The notes under the pieces are model-generated. The model ran no database searches, was not told where the DNA came from, and was given only the letters and a program-made list of their open reading frames with translations. Positions 12,050 through 25,159 of a stretch of DNA of 64,000 bases are shown one piece after another (position 1 is the first letter of the stretch; every line of letters starts with the position of its first letter). The stretch is from Lama glama (taxonomy: Eukaryota). Location: NCBI GenBank assembly GCA_028534125.1, contig CM052818.1:44642001-44706000 (forward strand). The letters run 5' to 3'. Position numbers and translations under genes: made by a program.

Positions 12050-12195
12050 CCAGTGCTTCTCAAACTTCCGTGTGCATTAGGCTGATGTGGAGGGTCCACT
12101 GGGCCCCAGCCCAGAGATTCTGTGTGCCTGAGATTCTACATGTCTAACATGCTCCCAGTTGATGTGGATGCTTCTGGTCCACAGGCCACAGTGGA
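12050..12195. mobile_element. MER5-like (hAT-Charlie) element
   Basis: CAGTGCTTCTCAAACTT...GGGCCCCAGCCCAGAGATTCTG...CTAACATGCTCCCAG...GATGC. Confidence 0.6.
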
Positions 12196-12834
12196 CTGAA
12201 AGATGGGCAAGAGTAGAAGGAGGGAAGGGAAGGTTAGGGACAATGGGGCCAACTAGGAGACTGCTGTCATAGTTCAGTGGAGGGAAGACAGGGCCCCTTG
12301 GGGTGGGCACAGTGAAGGAGAGGGGAAGGATCGGAGAGGAGAGATCCTAGGGAGGAGCTTTTCAATACACTGGATCTTGAGGGTAACGGGAAAAGAAGAC
12401 GACTCTCTGGCTTATGACCTGAGTGTCAGATGGATGGTGGTGCCATCAATCTATCAGAAAACGGGACAGAAGAGGGAGAGGCTTTATAAGGCAGAAGGAC
12501 ATTTAAGTTCTGCTGTCTCTGCAGTTCGACAACCAAGTGAGAATATGTAGCCCTGAGTTGGGAGTATATCCTGGTGGCCAGGAGGATATAGATGTTATAG
12601 AAGCTTCTAGAAACATGTCAGTGTACAGGTCAGGATTAAAGTGGACAGGTTTGGGCTTGGAGACAGATCCAGATAAGGGTGCTTCAGATAACCTCAAAGT
12701 CCCCTTCCAACCCTTAGACTCTAGGAACCAGTTCCCGGGAAATGCTGCTGTCACTTCAGACAGCTCCCTCCCTGGAGAGGGTGTAACTGAGCCCGTGTTT
12801 GCTCTCTGTCCTGTCTCTCCCGACCTGTCTGCAG

Positions 12835-12925
12835 GGGCCATCGTGGCCGTGTATGTCGTCTGCTGGATGCCGTACCATGCCCGCAGGCTCATGTACTGCT
12901 ACATCCCCGACGACAGCTGGACTGA
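12835..12925 (+). CDS. NTSR2: NTSR2 coding exon 3 (TM6-ECL3; 91 nt)
   Basis: Acceptor ctgtctgcag|GGGCCATC; (R)[29 protein letters not shown] with the CWxP motif; donor GA|GTGAGT. Confidence 0.96.
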
Positions 12926-13837
12926 GTGAGTGTGGGGAGGAGCCCAGCATATGGGGAGTGGCCACGGGTGGGGCCTGGGCCTCCTCTGCCGTCCAGGGGG
13001 ACCCCCAGTTGCTGGGCTGTCTGAAACTCTGGCCTCCATTCTAGCTAGTCCTGCACAGTCTGTTACCTCAAAAGCTCCAGGCTTGGAGTGGGGAACAGCA
13101 CATTATCTAGAAACCGCTCTGGTCTGGTAAGGCCATGTGCACGGTGGTCAGGGCTGTGGGCTTCCTGGCTTTGGGATGGAGAGCAGCCTGCAGGCCGGGG
13201 AGCAGGGCTACGGCCCTGTTATTACAAGGAGAGAGGGTGGATACTCAGAGCTGGGATTCCAGGAGTTAACCAAGGCCCCTTAGACAGAGACCAGACCCTG
13301 CACACGCTTTCTACGACACAACTGGAGAACAGCGGAGAATCCATTATCTTCCTTTTGGAAATCCCTATGCCCTGATCATAAGCAAAACTCAGATATCTGA
13401 GAGGAGAGGGAGCCCATGTAGCCCCCAAGGAAACAGTCAACAGATGCCTCCTACAGGATAGCTACTGGTGCTCGGCCCCCAACACGTGCATAACCCTTTC
13501 CATGGCGACGGGGGCGTGGCCTCTCAGAAAGACTTTCTCCTGTAGTGAAGCCACATTTCTTCAATCCCACCTGCAGCACGAGGCTCCCAGTGTTGCAGTG
13601 GGCTGGACAAGGACCCTGTCAATCAGCAGGTGTGGGCCTGGAGCTAGGAGTGGGGACTCATAGACGCTGGGTGGGGGCCCCACCGAGGGCAGCTGGTAAC
13701 GATGGGGCATTTCTTGAATTTACACTGAGCTCCCCGTAGCAGAAAACAGGCCTGCCTCACCCCGGCCTGGGGAGGACAGGGGCACTCCCCAGCAGAGGGG
13801 GAGGAGGCTCACCAGGCCTTCTGGGTTTCTCTTGCAG

Positions 13838-14099
13838 CAAGCTCTACGATTTCTATCACTACTTCTACATGGTGACAAACACGCTTTTCTACGTCAGCTC
13901 AGCGGTGACCCCTGTCCTGTACAATGCTGTGTCTTCCTCCTTCAGAAAGCTCTTCCTGGAAGCCCTCGGCTCCCTGTGTCCAGAGCACCACCGCATGGAG
14001 CCATTCTCCCCGGAAAGCCCGGAGCCCCGCCCCAGTGGATACAGCTTCCGGCTCTGGGGCCCCCCTAGGAAGCCCGGCCTGGATGACATCGAAGAATAA
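13838..14099 (+). CDS. NTSR2: NTSR2 coding exon 4 (TM7 and C-tail, TAA stop); full CDS 1227 nt = 408 aa
   Basis: Acceptor ttctcttgcag|CAAG; (D)[41 protein letters not shown]...GLDDIEE*. The four exons (624+250+91+262) sum to a multiple of 3. Confidence 0.96.
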
Positions 14100-14386
14100 G
14101 AATAACAATGACAGCCCAGGCGTCGAGCACTCAGACAAGCAACCTCACCACTAATAATCCAAGCCGTGCGGTCAGGCGGGTCTACACGGACCGCAGTCCT
14201 GCCCCTTACAGCCGTGCAACGGCAGGCGAGTCACTTACACCTGTTGGCTTCCGTCCCCTCACCTGTATGATGGAGACGGTTAATAGCCATCTCCTAGCGT
14301 TGTCTGAAGATTGAATGCCTAGCACGGTGCCTGGTGTATAATATAGGATATGTTTCACTGGCATTATTTCTGTGGTTCTTGCTGCT

Positions 14387-14387
14387 A

Positions 14388-14446
<59 letters not shown>
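14387..14446. repeat. (ATT)n microsatellite, ~19 units, in the presumed NTSR2 3' UTR
   Basis: Seen directly. Confidence 0.95.
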
Positions 14447-14593
14447 GCTGTTTTCTGCTCTCCTGAAAGTCCACCACCTTCTGCGGTAGTTTTATGCTCA
14501 AAGTTTGTAGGCTCAGATGTCCTTTGGAATTTCTGCCGAAGACAAAGCAACAGTGCCCAGAAGCTGACTGCACTGTTGAGTCACATGAGCTGT

Positions 14594-14599
14594 AATAAA
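14594..14599 (+). terminator. Candidate NTSR2 polyadenylation signal AATAAA
   Basis: First AATAAA seen downstream of the stop (~500 nt); use not demonstrated. Confidence 0.45.
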
Positions 14600-16094
14600 A
14601 TCCTGCAGCCTGTCCCAATGAGGGGGTGGCTGATCACAGTGACAAGAGCGTTCTGCGGGCTCTGGAAAGCCTGGGGTCACAAGCTTCCCTCCCTGGCCTG
14701 TGGCCTGCGTGTCTGCCTGACGTGAGGCAGCGGGGCAGCCCCTGGGATGACGGCAGCGCTGCCGGCTCTGGAGAGAAGGCCTGCAGCTGGCTCTGGGCAG
14801 CACCGTGTTAGAAAGAGCCGCACTTCCATTCTTCCTGTCACCGCAGGCCTCAGTCCCGCTGTTTCTGCCCGGGGCCACGTGCCCCTGGGTACTGCCAGCC
14901 TTGCTCCTGAAGGCTTATGAAGCCTGAGCCCTGAGAGAAAGGGTGATTTTTCCTATGAGCGTCTAGAAGCAGTTGAGGCCACAGGTCTGTGAAGGGGCAG
15001 GAAGAGAAAAGTGGGGAGCAGAACTGAAGGACCAAGGAGAGGTTCTTTCTGATTAACCTTGGTGACGTTTCCCTGAACTGTGTCCATCACCCACCTGGTC
15101 CCCAGTCCTGGAACCAACACATGCACACACACCCCATGCACACAGACACACCACACACGCCACACATCACATGCACACAACTACACACACACACACACAT
15201 CCTGGATGGGTGTCCTATTTGAGGAGAGAAGCCAGAACGGGCAAAGGATGACAGGAAAGGTGGCCAGGAGGAGGAAGGGCCATCTATGTACACAGCCTGG
15301 GGTGCGGTGCAGTGGCTTCTGTGTGACTGGGAGGTGACTGTGTCAGGCCCCCAGCCCCAGAGCCCTTGAGAAAAAGCCAGAGGCAATGACCGCATACTTC
15401 AGAGACAGCCTCCACAGAGCCCACCCACCTTGCCAGGGGGAGAAGGGCCCTGGGAAAGGAGCCGCGCAGCGCTGGTCTCAGGGACCTCCTGGGTGGCTCT
15501 GAGGCTCGGCCTTGAGATGGTCCCATGGACAGAAGAGGACGGGCTCCAGACAGGCAGGGGGTTGGGGGGGTGCCCCTCTCTGCCATGAGTGGCTGGGCCC
15601 GGAGGCACTGGTGGAGGGTGGATGTGGTCTGATAGTAAAATCCCACCTCTGGAGCTCCCGAGTCCAGGCGGGGATGGCCGGCATCCCCACTTCATTCTGG
15701 CAGAAGCTCACAGAGAAGGCTCACCAGGAAGCAGCAAAGAGCAAGCAGCAGCTCAAAGCACAAACTCCAGTGAGGCTCCCGAGATGGCGCAGGAAGCAAT
15801 TAACCGCGGGGCCCAGGTGGCCTCGAGCTCGGGCCCTGCCCTGGGGTAGATCTGGGTTGACGTCACATCATCACTTAGATGAGGCCACATTGGTCCAGTG
15901 AATCTCCCCAAGTCTGTTTTTCATCTACAGAAGGCCTTAAATCCAGTTTTAAAACATAATTCAGATCAGCAAACACGTACTTGGATTTGAGGCGACTTAT
16001 AGCCCTTAATTATCCTTCTTCACAGAAATATATGTACATTTTCCTCCAGAAATGTTAATGTCTTTGATCAAGGAATGCCCCAAGCTCCTGCGTG

Positions 16095-16491
16095 ACAGCT
16101 CAGCTGCCATCACCAACAGCACACAAGGGGCAGCTTAAACAGCAGACATTATTTTCTCCCTGCTTTGGAGGCTGGGAGGATCAAGGTGCCGACACGGACA
16201 GATTTCATTCCGAGGCTTCTCCTGGCTCGTGGGCAGCCGCCATCTCGCTGTGTCCACGTGAACTTTGTGCATGTGTCGGGGGACAGCAAGCCCTCTGGTG
16301 TCTTTTCTTAGAAGGCCATTAATCCTAATGGATCAGGGCCCCATCCTTATGATCTCATGATGATGAACTTACTTAACCAGTAATTAACCTTAATTACTCC
16401 CTTAGAGGTCGCATCTCCAGATGTGGCCACACTGCGGGTTGGGAATTCAACACAGGGGTTTTGAGGGGACACCAACATTAAGTCCATAACA
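16095..16491 (-). mobile_element. MaLR solo LTR (MLT1-like)
   Basis: GCTTAAACAGCAGACATTATTTTCTC...TAATGGATCAGGGCCCCATCCTTATGATCTCAT...AGTCCATAACA. Confidence 0.75.
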
Positions 16492-18555
16492 TCCAGTTAA
16501 GGTTGTGGTAAGTGGTATATGAATCACATTACTTTTCAGAAAGTCCACCTACTCTGAACCGCAAAATAAGTCTGACCCTGAGGGTTTCAGAGTCCGGGAC
16601 TGTGCATCTATGGTACCCAATAATTAATTTATAACGATGAAATGAGAAGGAATGCAAAGTCCCCATCAAAGCGCCAGGCGTACAGAAAATGCTCAATAAA
16701 TACTAGCTGTCACTATTGTCACTGTCACCACCTAGACCCCAAACTTGGTAAAACCCAGTAGGTTCCCCTTACAGAAGGCTCGATGAATAGCGAAGAACAG
16801 AGACAAAGTTTAAAGCAAACAGGTTGAGAAAACAACTTAAGAAAACATGAGCACTTAGATAAGGAGTTACTTTACATATTAGCCAAAGATCTCATGCAAA
16901 TCATTAAGGAAAATACCAAGAACTCAAAGGCCACGAAACGTATCAGAGGGAATGTGTCTGGCCTCAAAAGTTCCCAAAGAAACGACGATCAAATAGCGAT
17001 GCAATATTTTATAGCTAATCATTCATTTAAAATGTCAACAAGGGCAAATGGTGCCACCAGAAATCAGGCGTGACGGAAATGCTCTTGCAGCGGAAGGAGA
17101 CCAAATCGGAGAAACTGCCTGGAAAGGAAATTGGCAAGAAATTTTGGAAGCTACAGAAATGTTCATACACTTAGAGCGTATATTTCAATTGCTGGGATTT
17201 TCCATTAAGGCGATTTGCTGAGGCAGGAAAGCGTCTCTGGGGGCGCACAGGTGAGATGCCCTGCTCTTCGGGGGGCCTTCACCAGCTGGCTCTGGACCAA
17301 CCACATAAATCACTCACAACACCGGCCCCTCACGCCTAGGCTGGAAACTGCTGTGACCTCCGTCATGAAGCAAAGAGAGGTTAAGACAGGTCTTCTCCCA
17401 CGACCGGGAAACTGGAAGGCTGAAGTCCAGGCCTGGGACTCTGGACCCGCCACTCGCTGGTTTTACCACACTGCTTCCCAGGAGCCTGATGACACAAGAT
17501 GATAAAAGCTAACAGGCCCAACCTTAAGAAAGTAAATCACGACTATCCACTCAAACAGATCCTACGTGTTAGGCCACCGTAAATGAATAACAAGACTTCT
17601 TTAGCAGCATAAACATATTGTGGTTGTGCTATTAAGTAAAAAGGACCACAGAACACAAAATTCCATTATGCACAAATTATTCAGCTACAGAGAAAGGGTC
17701 TAGAAAGAAACACTTAGAAGATGGTGAGTTGGCTCTGGAGGCAAGTGACCCAAGAAGCGGGGTGGTTTCTCCCGCCTTGGTCCCTGAGTTGAGCGCAGTG
17801 GCTGGCACGTAGCAGACCCTCAGAAATGTCTGGTGGGAAAGGACGGTGAAACCTGTTCTTTTGGTTTTTCCTAATTTGTTGGTATGATGTTTTTTTAAAA
17901 ACATGTAATAAAGATTTACTGACTAGATAAACAGCTGTTTGAGGGGAAAACACTCCTGATCCAGGAAAGGGCACATCAGTTATTTTCTATGGGTGGCGTA
18001 GTCTTGCTGGTGTAGTAACATCTGAGTAACAAATTTCAAAGAGAAACCGAGTTCCCCGGCTGTGGTCCCAGGCAGAAGCCGTGACTAACCGCCTGCAGCC
18101 CGGGCTCAGAGGGCCTGGAGGAGGGGCCTGCCTGTGCCACTTACAAGCTACTTCCTTCCCCAGCTTGGGCCTCCTGTCCACATTTGTGAAACAGACAGTA
18201 TAACAACTATCTTCTGGGTTTTGAGAATTAAGTGACAGCGTAAATGTGAAGAAAAAAAACACACTTGGAAAAGTGGAGTACGTAGCACCTAAAACAGCTC
18301 AATAGGCAGTAGCTGCCATTAATATAAAGGGAAGCTCTTGGCTCCTGAATGCAGACTGTCTGTACGATTCTGTATTTTTTTAAAAAAATGAGCTATATCT
18401 ACTTGTGTGGCGGGTTGGTCTATTTGCTTGGGCAAGATCAAGAGACCAAATAGTGCTCCTTTCCTAAATATTAATCTTATAGCCATGACTACATCATACC
18501 AGGGTCCTAGGAAGCCATCATCAGATTTTGAAAGATGAAGTATGCGTTGCCCACC

Positions 18556-18985
18556 TGTATTAATTTTCTAGGGCTGTGTAACAAAGTGCCATAAAGTGGA
18601 GAGGGGTGCCTTAAAACAACAAATTTATTCTCTCATGGTTCTAGAAGCTACGAGTTCAAAATTGAGGTGTCAGCAGGGCTGTGCTCTCCAAAGGCCCTGG
18701 GGGAGAGCCCTTCCTTGTTTCCTGCCCCTGGTGGTTCCCAGCAATCCTTGAGCCCCCTCTGCAGTTGGTTCATCACTCCAGTCACTGTCTCCATGGCCCC
18801 GTGGTGTTCTGCCTCTCTCTGTCTTCTTCTCATAAGGACACCTGTAATACTGGATTAGGGGCCTACTCTACTCCAGTATGACCTCATCCCAACTTATTAC
18901 ATCAGGAACAACCCTCTTTCCAATTAAAGTCACACTCTGAAGCACTGGGGGTTAGGGCTTCAATATTCCTTTGCGGGGGACAAAT
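18556..18985 (-). mobile_element. MaLR solo LTR (MLT1C-like)
   Basis: TGTATTAATTTTCTAGGGCTG...CTTAAAACAACAAATTTATTCTCTCA...GGATTAGGGGCCTAC...ATGACCTCATC. Confidence 0.75.
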
Positions 18986-21900
18986 TCAAAACCCCCCAAA
19001 ACCCACCTTTCTTGGTAGGGTGGATAGCACCCCTAGGAAAGGTCCTTTCATACAGCAAAAGATCCTAAGAGGGAAAAATGGGTGCTCGCCAGAGTTTTAG
19101 AAGAAAGCCAAAAGGAAACTGGGACAGTCTATTCGGAGAATGATAAATGCAGTTACAGAATTCCTGTTTCTTCTCGAGACCTGAAGGACTTTAAAACTCT
19201 GCACTGGCCTTTTGTTAATTAAAATGCTAATTTCTTCTGAGCTGGAAGTCTGCCTGAGCAAGTGGACTGAAAAAGAAACAGCAGCGGTGGACACTGGGCA
19301 TGCCCTTGGTTCATGGTCTTCCCTTAAAGAGCTGTCTACAGAATCTGAAGCCAGACCTGGGAGGCTTAATGCAAACTTCTTTGCTGAAAGTGGTTTCTAA
19401 ACCTTAATGCTGAGAATGCCTAGACTCTGGATGGTACGTGAGGTGGTGTAGCTGGGATATGCCTGAATCCAGCACCACCTCCAATAGGCAACCAAACACG
19501 CACCCGATAAGAAAACTTTGGATCGGTGTTTTTACTGTACACAGAGGCTTAGGAGCCAACACTGCCTTCTAATGTACAGCATTTAGTGGAAGCAAATTAC
19601 TCAAGATGGAAAGCAGCTGTGATGTTAGTGAAACCATCCTTAACACTTGCAGACATGAATCTAGCTTTGTTCTGTCGCTTGATAGCTATGTGATCTTAGA
19701 CAAGTCACTTAGCCTCTCAGAGCCCTAGTTTCTTATTCTGTAACATGGTCCCAATGACATCTACTGCAGAGTGTTATTGTGTTGATTAAATAAAACAATG
19801 GACAATTAGTCATCTAGGAAAATGCCTGGCACATTGTAGGTACTCAAAAAAGTATGCTACTCACTGTTGCTGACTTCATAGCTAACAGAGTATCCAGGGA
19901 GCTGGGTGACTTGGCAAAGGAACCAAGGTATGAACCCACGTCTCCTGACTTCAGATTCCACGCCCTCTCTGTCACATCCTGCGATGAGAACTCTGACATC
20001 CATATCAATGCAGTTTTTGCAGCATGATTTCTCGTCCTTTTTTGCAAGAGCCTTAAATTGCTGGAAGTATTCAGGAAAAAAGAATCAGTTTCTTTTCCTG
20101 GTGTGCACTTACTCTTTTTATCTGGTTTGGGGGTGACTGTTACCTGGCCTTGCAGAAGACCAGGCTTCCACATTTCCCAATGCTCTGGGATAGTTTAGTT
20201 TATTGTGGTAAAATTCACATAAAATTTACCACTAGTGACATTTAGCACATTCACAATGTTATACAACCATCACTACTATCTAGTTCCAGAAAACTTTCTG
20301 GAATTTTTATTACACAAGAATTATGTCTTTCAAAGGTTACTGTAGACCAGATATGTTACTGTGTCAACCCAATTCTCATTTCTCTTGGTCTTCTTTCTCT
20401 ATTTCTGAGAGAGATGTACGAGTCTGTGTTTATGACTGCACAAGTTACCCATTCTGCTCACATTTCTCACAGTTCTGGCTTTATTTCTCACAGCAGCGTT
20501 GGCATATCTACAAAGCTTGGGTAGAACTTGGAAATTTCACTTAAAATACTTCATTGCCTATTTAACTTTTAAATATTAAGTCCTATTCTGATTAGCTTTC
20601 TTGGCCCAATCTGAGAAGCTCAGTCTGTTACGTGACTTTAACCCATTTATAATTATTTCTTCCTTCTAGCAGCTACTCTAAATGCTTTTAACATATTTAA
20701 ATGTTCCTTTTCACTCATGTTCATCACTCCTGCCCTATTAAACCTCGAAGTTTAGCTCAGCTGGACTCATTTTATCAGCTCCTCCATTACTGACCACTCC
20801 CACCCCCAGTTCCCACGCTGGGATCATCTAAGATAGATGCGCATTTCATAAGCACCTAGTATTTGCTGGGTATAACCATGGCTCTGGGAACAGAGCAGTG
20901 AACATGTTCTATACAATTTCTATTTTTGTGGAGAGAAACAAACAAACAAAAAAGACAGCTAAACAAATAAACTGTGTTCTGTGAGCAGGGGCTCAGTCAG
21001 GGATTACCTCACTGAGGAGGTGGCCTTTGAGGAGTGAGGGCTCAGTGGCCAAGTGAGGGAGGGATTCAAGCAGATGGGAAGAGGGAGACACTCCAGGCAG
21101 AGAAATGACAGGCCCGAGGTAGGTGCTGGCCTGGCTGTAGCCAAGCTGGTCCCGGAGGGCCAGGCGGCTGACGTGCAGTGAGCGAGGGCGAAGTGAAGGG
21201 TTCTCAGAGATCAGGGGAGCTCCTTTGTGCTGCCTTCTTACAGACTTTTTCAGCTGTGCCTTCCAGCTGTCTGTTTCACTCTTGACCTGGTCTATTTCAG
21301 CTGCCTAGTGAGGTTTTTGTCTTAATTTCTAAGATCTGGAATTAATCATTTTTTGTTCTGGATACAATAGAATCTCACTTTTCCCCTGACTTTAGTTACA
21401 CCTGTTTTATAGGATTCTGTTTGCTTTACTGACTCTTTACTGAGGTCATCACCTCTGACTGTATAATGTTTCCTGCTTATTGTTACGAGTTTTCGTTGCG
21501 TGTTTATTTGTGGACTAGGGAGCTCCTGTTTGCTATTAACTGCCTTGAGAGACTGTGGGGACAGGACCATGCCTTGGAGGGGGTGGGTGCCAACGGCTTG
21601 TCTTCACAAAGGCCTGGGCCCTGTGCCTTCCCCCTGCCAGAGGTTCCACTCTCTGCCTGAGCCCAGGTTGGTGGGGGGTGCGGAGTGGGGCAGGAACAGC
21701 TGGGAGGGACCGAACAGCCAGGCTGCTCCAACTACTTCCCCTGTTCCTCACCCTGACAAACGCCCAGGCCCCCTTCCAGCTTCTTTCGTCTCTGTGACAC
21801 TCAGGGCGTCCCCAGAATCACCCTCCTGTGCGGCAGGCTTCTCTGCATGCTTTGAGCTACTGTTTCATACACTTCCATTTCTGTCCGCCTCTTCTCTTTC

Positions 21901-22088
21901 AGGGATTCCTCCACATGTTAATATACTGTCACTTTTACAGATTTGCTCTTTTTTCCTTTTCAAAACTGTCCTTTGTTTCGTGCCATGAGATTTTAAGCAG
22001 ACAGCCCCCGGAGACCACTGGCCATACTCTTTCCTCACAAAACAACACAATTCATTCCCACCAAAGCAGCAATAAATGCATCATAAAT

Positions 22089-22094
22089 TTTATT
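22089..22094 (-). terminator. Candidate GREB1 polyadenylation signal AATAAA (3' UTR ~1.6 kb)
   Basis: TTTATT on + strand. On the - strand it is followed ~40 nt later by a GU-rich tract (TTGTGTTGTTTTGTG). An alternative AATAAA lies at 22224-22229. Confidence 0.6.
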
Positions 22095-23700
22095 TATAAG
22101 GCTGGAACAGACAAGAATATTAGTTCGGTTTTTTGTTTCAAGTTTAAATTAACTAATAAAATGGGAACTGCAGCCCAGAAGCTGCTATTTACAAAAGACA
22201 AATAGAACTAAAGGAAGTAAGTTTTTATTCCAAAATAGGAATAAGGACATATACAAAGTGATCACTTTATAAACATTGATCTAAATCTTTTATACTCATG
22301 AACTTTTCTTTTTTTTTCTTAGGGAAAAAAAGATCGATATGAACTCTTTGGCATCATCTTTTAAAGTAATTTCTTCTTGGATGGTGATCCATTAGAGTGC
22401 TTGTGAGATGGATGGATAAGAGTGCATTCTGCTGATTCATTTCTGAGTATCTTTAAACTTTTCCTTTGGTTACAGGCCATTCCACAGCAGTGCGGTGCAG
22501 GGGGCAGAGGGGCCCTGGAGTCCAGATCCAGGTCTCTGCTTCTGCTTCTCTCCAGCTGTGTGACCTTGGTGAGGTGCACTCTCTGCATCTCAACCGTCTC
22601 ATCTTTCAAACGGGGAGAATGATTCCACCTACACAGGCTGTTGGAAGTGTGAAGCGAGAGCTTAACTGTGAAAGCACCTGGCCCGGCTTATAGGGGGCGC
22701 TCTAATACGCTGGCTTTAAAAAACATCCTAGAAGGAAAGTGAGAGCGAGAGCGTGAGCGTCAGGGAGCATCCCTGCTGCCCTGTCTGTCCCCCTGCCTCT
22801 CCAGTCAGGGACCAAGCATTCACAGGAGAAGACAAGCTATTTAAGGAACTGAAAACGGAGCTTCAATAAATTAGAGTCAGAAGTCTAATTCTTATCAACT
22901 ATTTTATATTATCGCTTTGGTTGTTTTCACTGTTTGTTTCAAGTAAGCCATTTGGTCCTCTTTCCTTTGTAAGGCAAATTCTATATCTTAAGATCAACCT
23001 CTGTAACCCTAATTTCCTTCCTGAAACCCTTTTAGTTAAAAAAAAAAAGTTTCTTTTCACGTTTGCCCTTTCTAAGAGGCAGGGTATTTACCCTGTGCTG
23101 TTTTAATAGGATCGCATTTGCTTTGAAGGGAAACTATTTGTTTTACTTTATTAAACTTGATGCCTTTGGGCTAGCTTCTAAAAGAGCAAACTTACATATT
23201 CTTATTAAATGACCTACTTCGTTTTTTCTTGTCTCCAGCCTTCACAGTTAAAATGTTCTTTTGGAATATTGCATTGTAGGAGAGTATAGGGAAATATACG
23301 TAGCCAAAATCTATCCATCATCCGAAATGCTGGCACCTCTACAAGATAATCCAAGAGTGACCCTTCAGAACTAAGAGCAAAGTCAAGTGTGTCCACGGAA
23401 GCGAATGGATGAGGTGATGGTAGGCAAAGCTTTGTTCTTGAGATGGACTTTGACGGAGCCCAGGGCAATGGGGTCTGGCCCAGAACCTAGGAGTCTTGGG
23501 TTTGAGTTCCCGTTGACCATCCACTTATCCCATCACTCTCGGTAAGTCTCCATCCATCTCTGGGCCATGTTCCCCGTACCATGAGGGGGTTGCCAACAGT
23601 CTTGGGGGCCTGTCCCGGTCCAGACACCCCATGGTTCGAATTCTTCCTTTAGCCTCAGCAGGGTGAGGTTCTGACGGCGCCGCTCTCAGGCGTGTCTCCC

Positions 23701-23864
23701 TCAGATGTGTCTCCCAGTCAGAAAAAAGAGCGGCCGGTCCTCCTTCGCGTTGGCAGTCTGGAATTCGTCTCGCAGCCGGAACTGCCACTCATCCTCCAGC
23801 TCCAGGCGGACAACTGTCTGGCGGAGCGAGTTTCGGTCCTGACAGATCACACACAAGGTCGCAC
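23701..23864 (-). CDS. GREB1: GREB1 last coding exon (164 nt including TGA)
   Basis: acgcag|[59 protein letters not shown], matching the GREB1 C-terminus. Confidence 0.95.
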
Positions 23865-24659
23865 CTGCGTGGACAACGGCAGAGGTGTGTGAAGAAAAGC
23901 GGGGAGTTAAATCCAAAGGAAAGCTACTGCCTGGATTCTATCTGCAATCACAAAATACGATGCTGCTTGACAGGGAAGGACCAGGTGTCCGAGTGGTGTC
24001 TTGTTTCCTTGGGGATGCTTCATAATCTTAGCAAGAAAGTGAGATTGTGGTTTGGCAGGTCTGGCAGATGAGACTACATGGAACCAAGACATGGTGACAA
24101 AGAAGTGAGCAGAGGAGGAGGACTGGAAGGAGACAGACTTGCAGGGTCACAAACCAACACCCGCAGCTCCAGCCCTTGGAGGGAAGGGCCCCGCCCAACC
24201 CCACCTCACAGTCTAACCCTCCCTCGACATCCTTCTGAGCCGGCCACCCGCCCAGTCCCCCGCAGCTCTGACCTCTCCCATCTGCCGGCCCCGTGAATTC
24301 TCCCTCCTCTTGAGCCCTAGAAGACAGCCACACATCGTCACGTGTGTTCACTCCTTCTCTCTACCTCCCTACTTACATGTCCTCGCCTCCCATTAGACAA
24401 AATGTTCCCCAAGAGCAGAGAATGTGGTGAAAACCTCCTACTATTTCCCCAAACCTCATGCAGGGCTGGTGCTCCCTGAACATCTGGGAGAGAGGAAGGT
24501 TCGAATAAAGACCGACGAAGGAGAAGTGAAGACTGATTAGGGATCCCGGCTGGACTGGAAATGTAATTTTCTGAAGTCACACAGAATGAATGTCTGTCCC
24601 TCTCCACCACTCTAGCATGGAAACACCTGCAGAGGGAGAAAGACTAGACTAGAGGTAAC

Positions 24660-25159
24660 NNNNNNNNNNNNNNNNNNNNNNNNNNNNNNNNNNNNNNNNN
24701 NNNNNNNNNNNNNNNNNNNNNNNNNNNNNNNNNNNNNNNNNNNNNNNNNNNNNNNNNNNNNNNNNNNNNNNNNNNNNNNNNNNNNNNNNNNNNNNNNNNN
24801 NNNNNNNNNNNNNNNNNNNNNNNNNNNNNNNNNNNNNNNNNNNNNNNNNNNNNNNNNNNNNNNNNNNNNNNNNNNNNNNNNNNNNNNNNNNNNNNNNNNN
24901 NNNNNNNNNNNNNNNNNNNNNNNNNNNNNNNNNNNNNNNNNNNNNNNNNNNNNNNNNNNNNNNNNNNNNNNNNNNNNNNNNNNNNNNNNNNNNNNNNNNN
25001 NNNNNNNNNNNNNNNNNNNNNNNNNNNNNNNNNNNNNNNNNNNNNNNNNNNNNNNNNNNNNNNNNNNNNNNNNNNNNNNNNNNNNNNNNNNNNNNNNNNN
25101 NNNNNNNNNNNNNNNNNNNNNNNNNNNNNNNNNNNNNNNNNNNNNNNNNNNNNNNNNNN
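24660..25159. other. Assembly gap (500 N), probably under-sized
   Basis: Run of N of round length. Confidence 1.

Noticed and set aside
14206..14725. Poly-Ile ORFs on both strands
   Set aside because: Translation of the (ATT)n microsatellite.
22686..22703. AGGGGGCGC partial CTCF-like motif in the GREB1 3' UTR (also GCGCCACCAGTGG at 29943)
   Set aside because: The first lacks the 5' CCAC half and the second is one base short; too weak without ChIP data.
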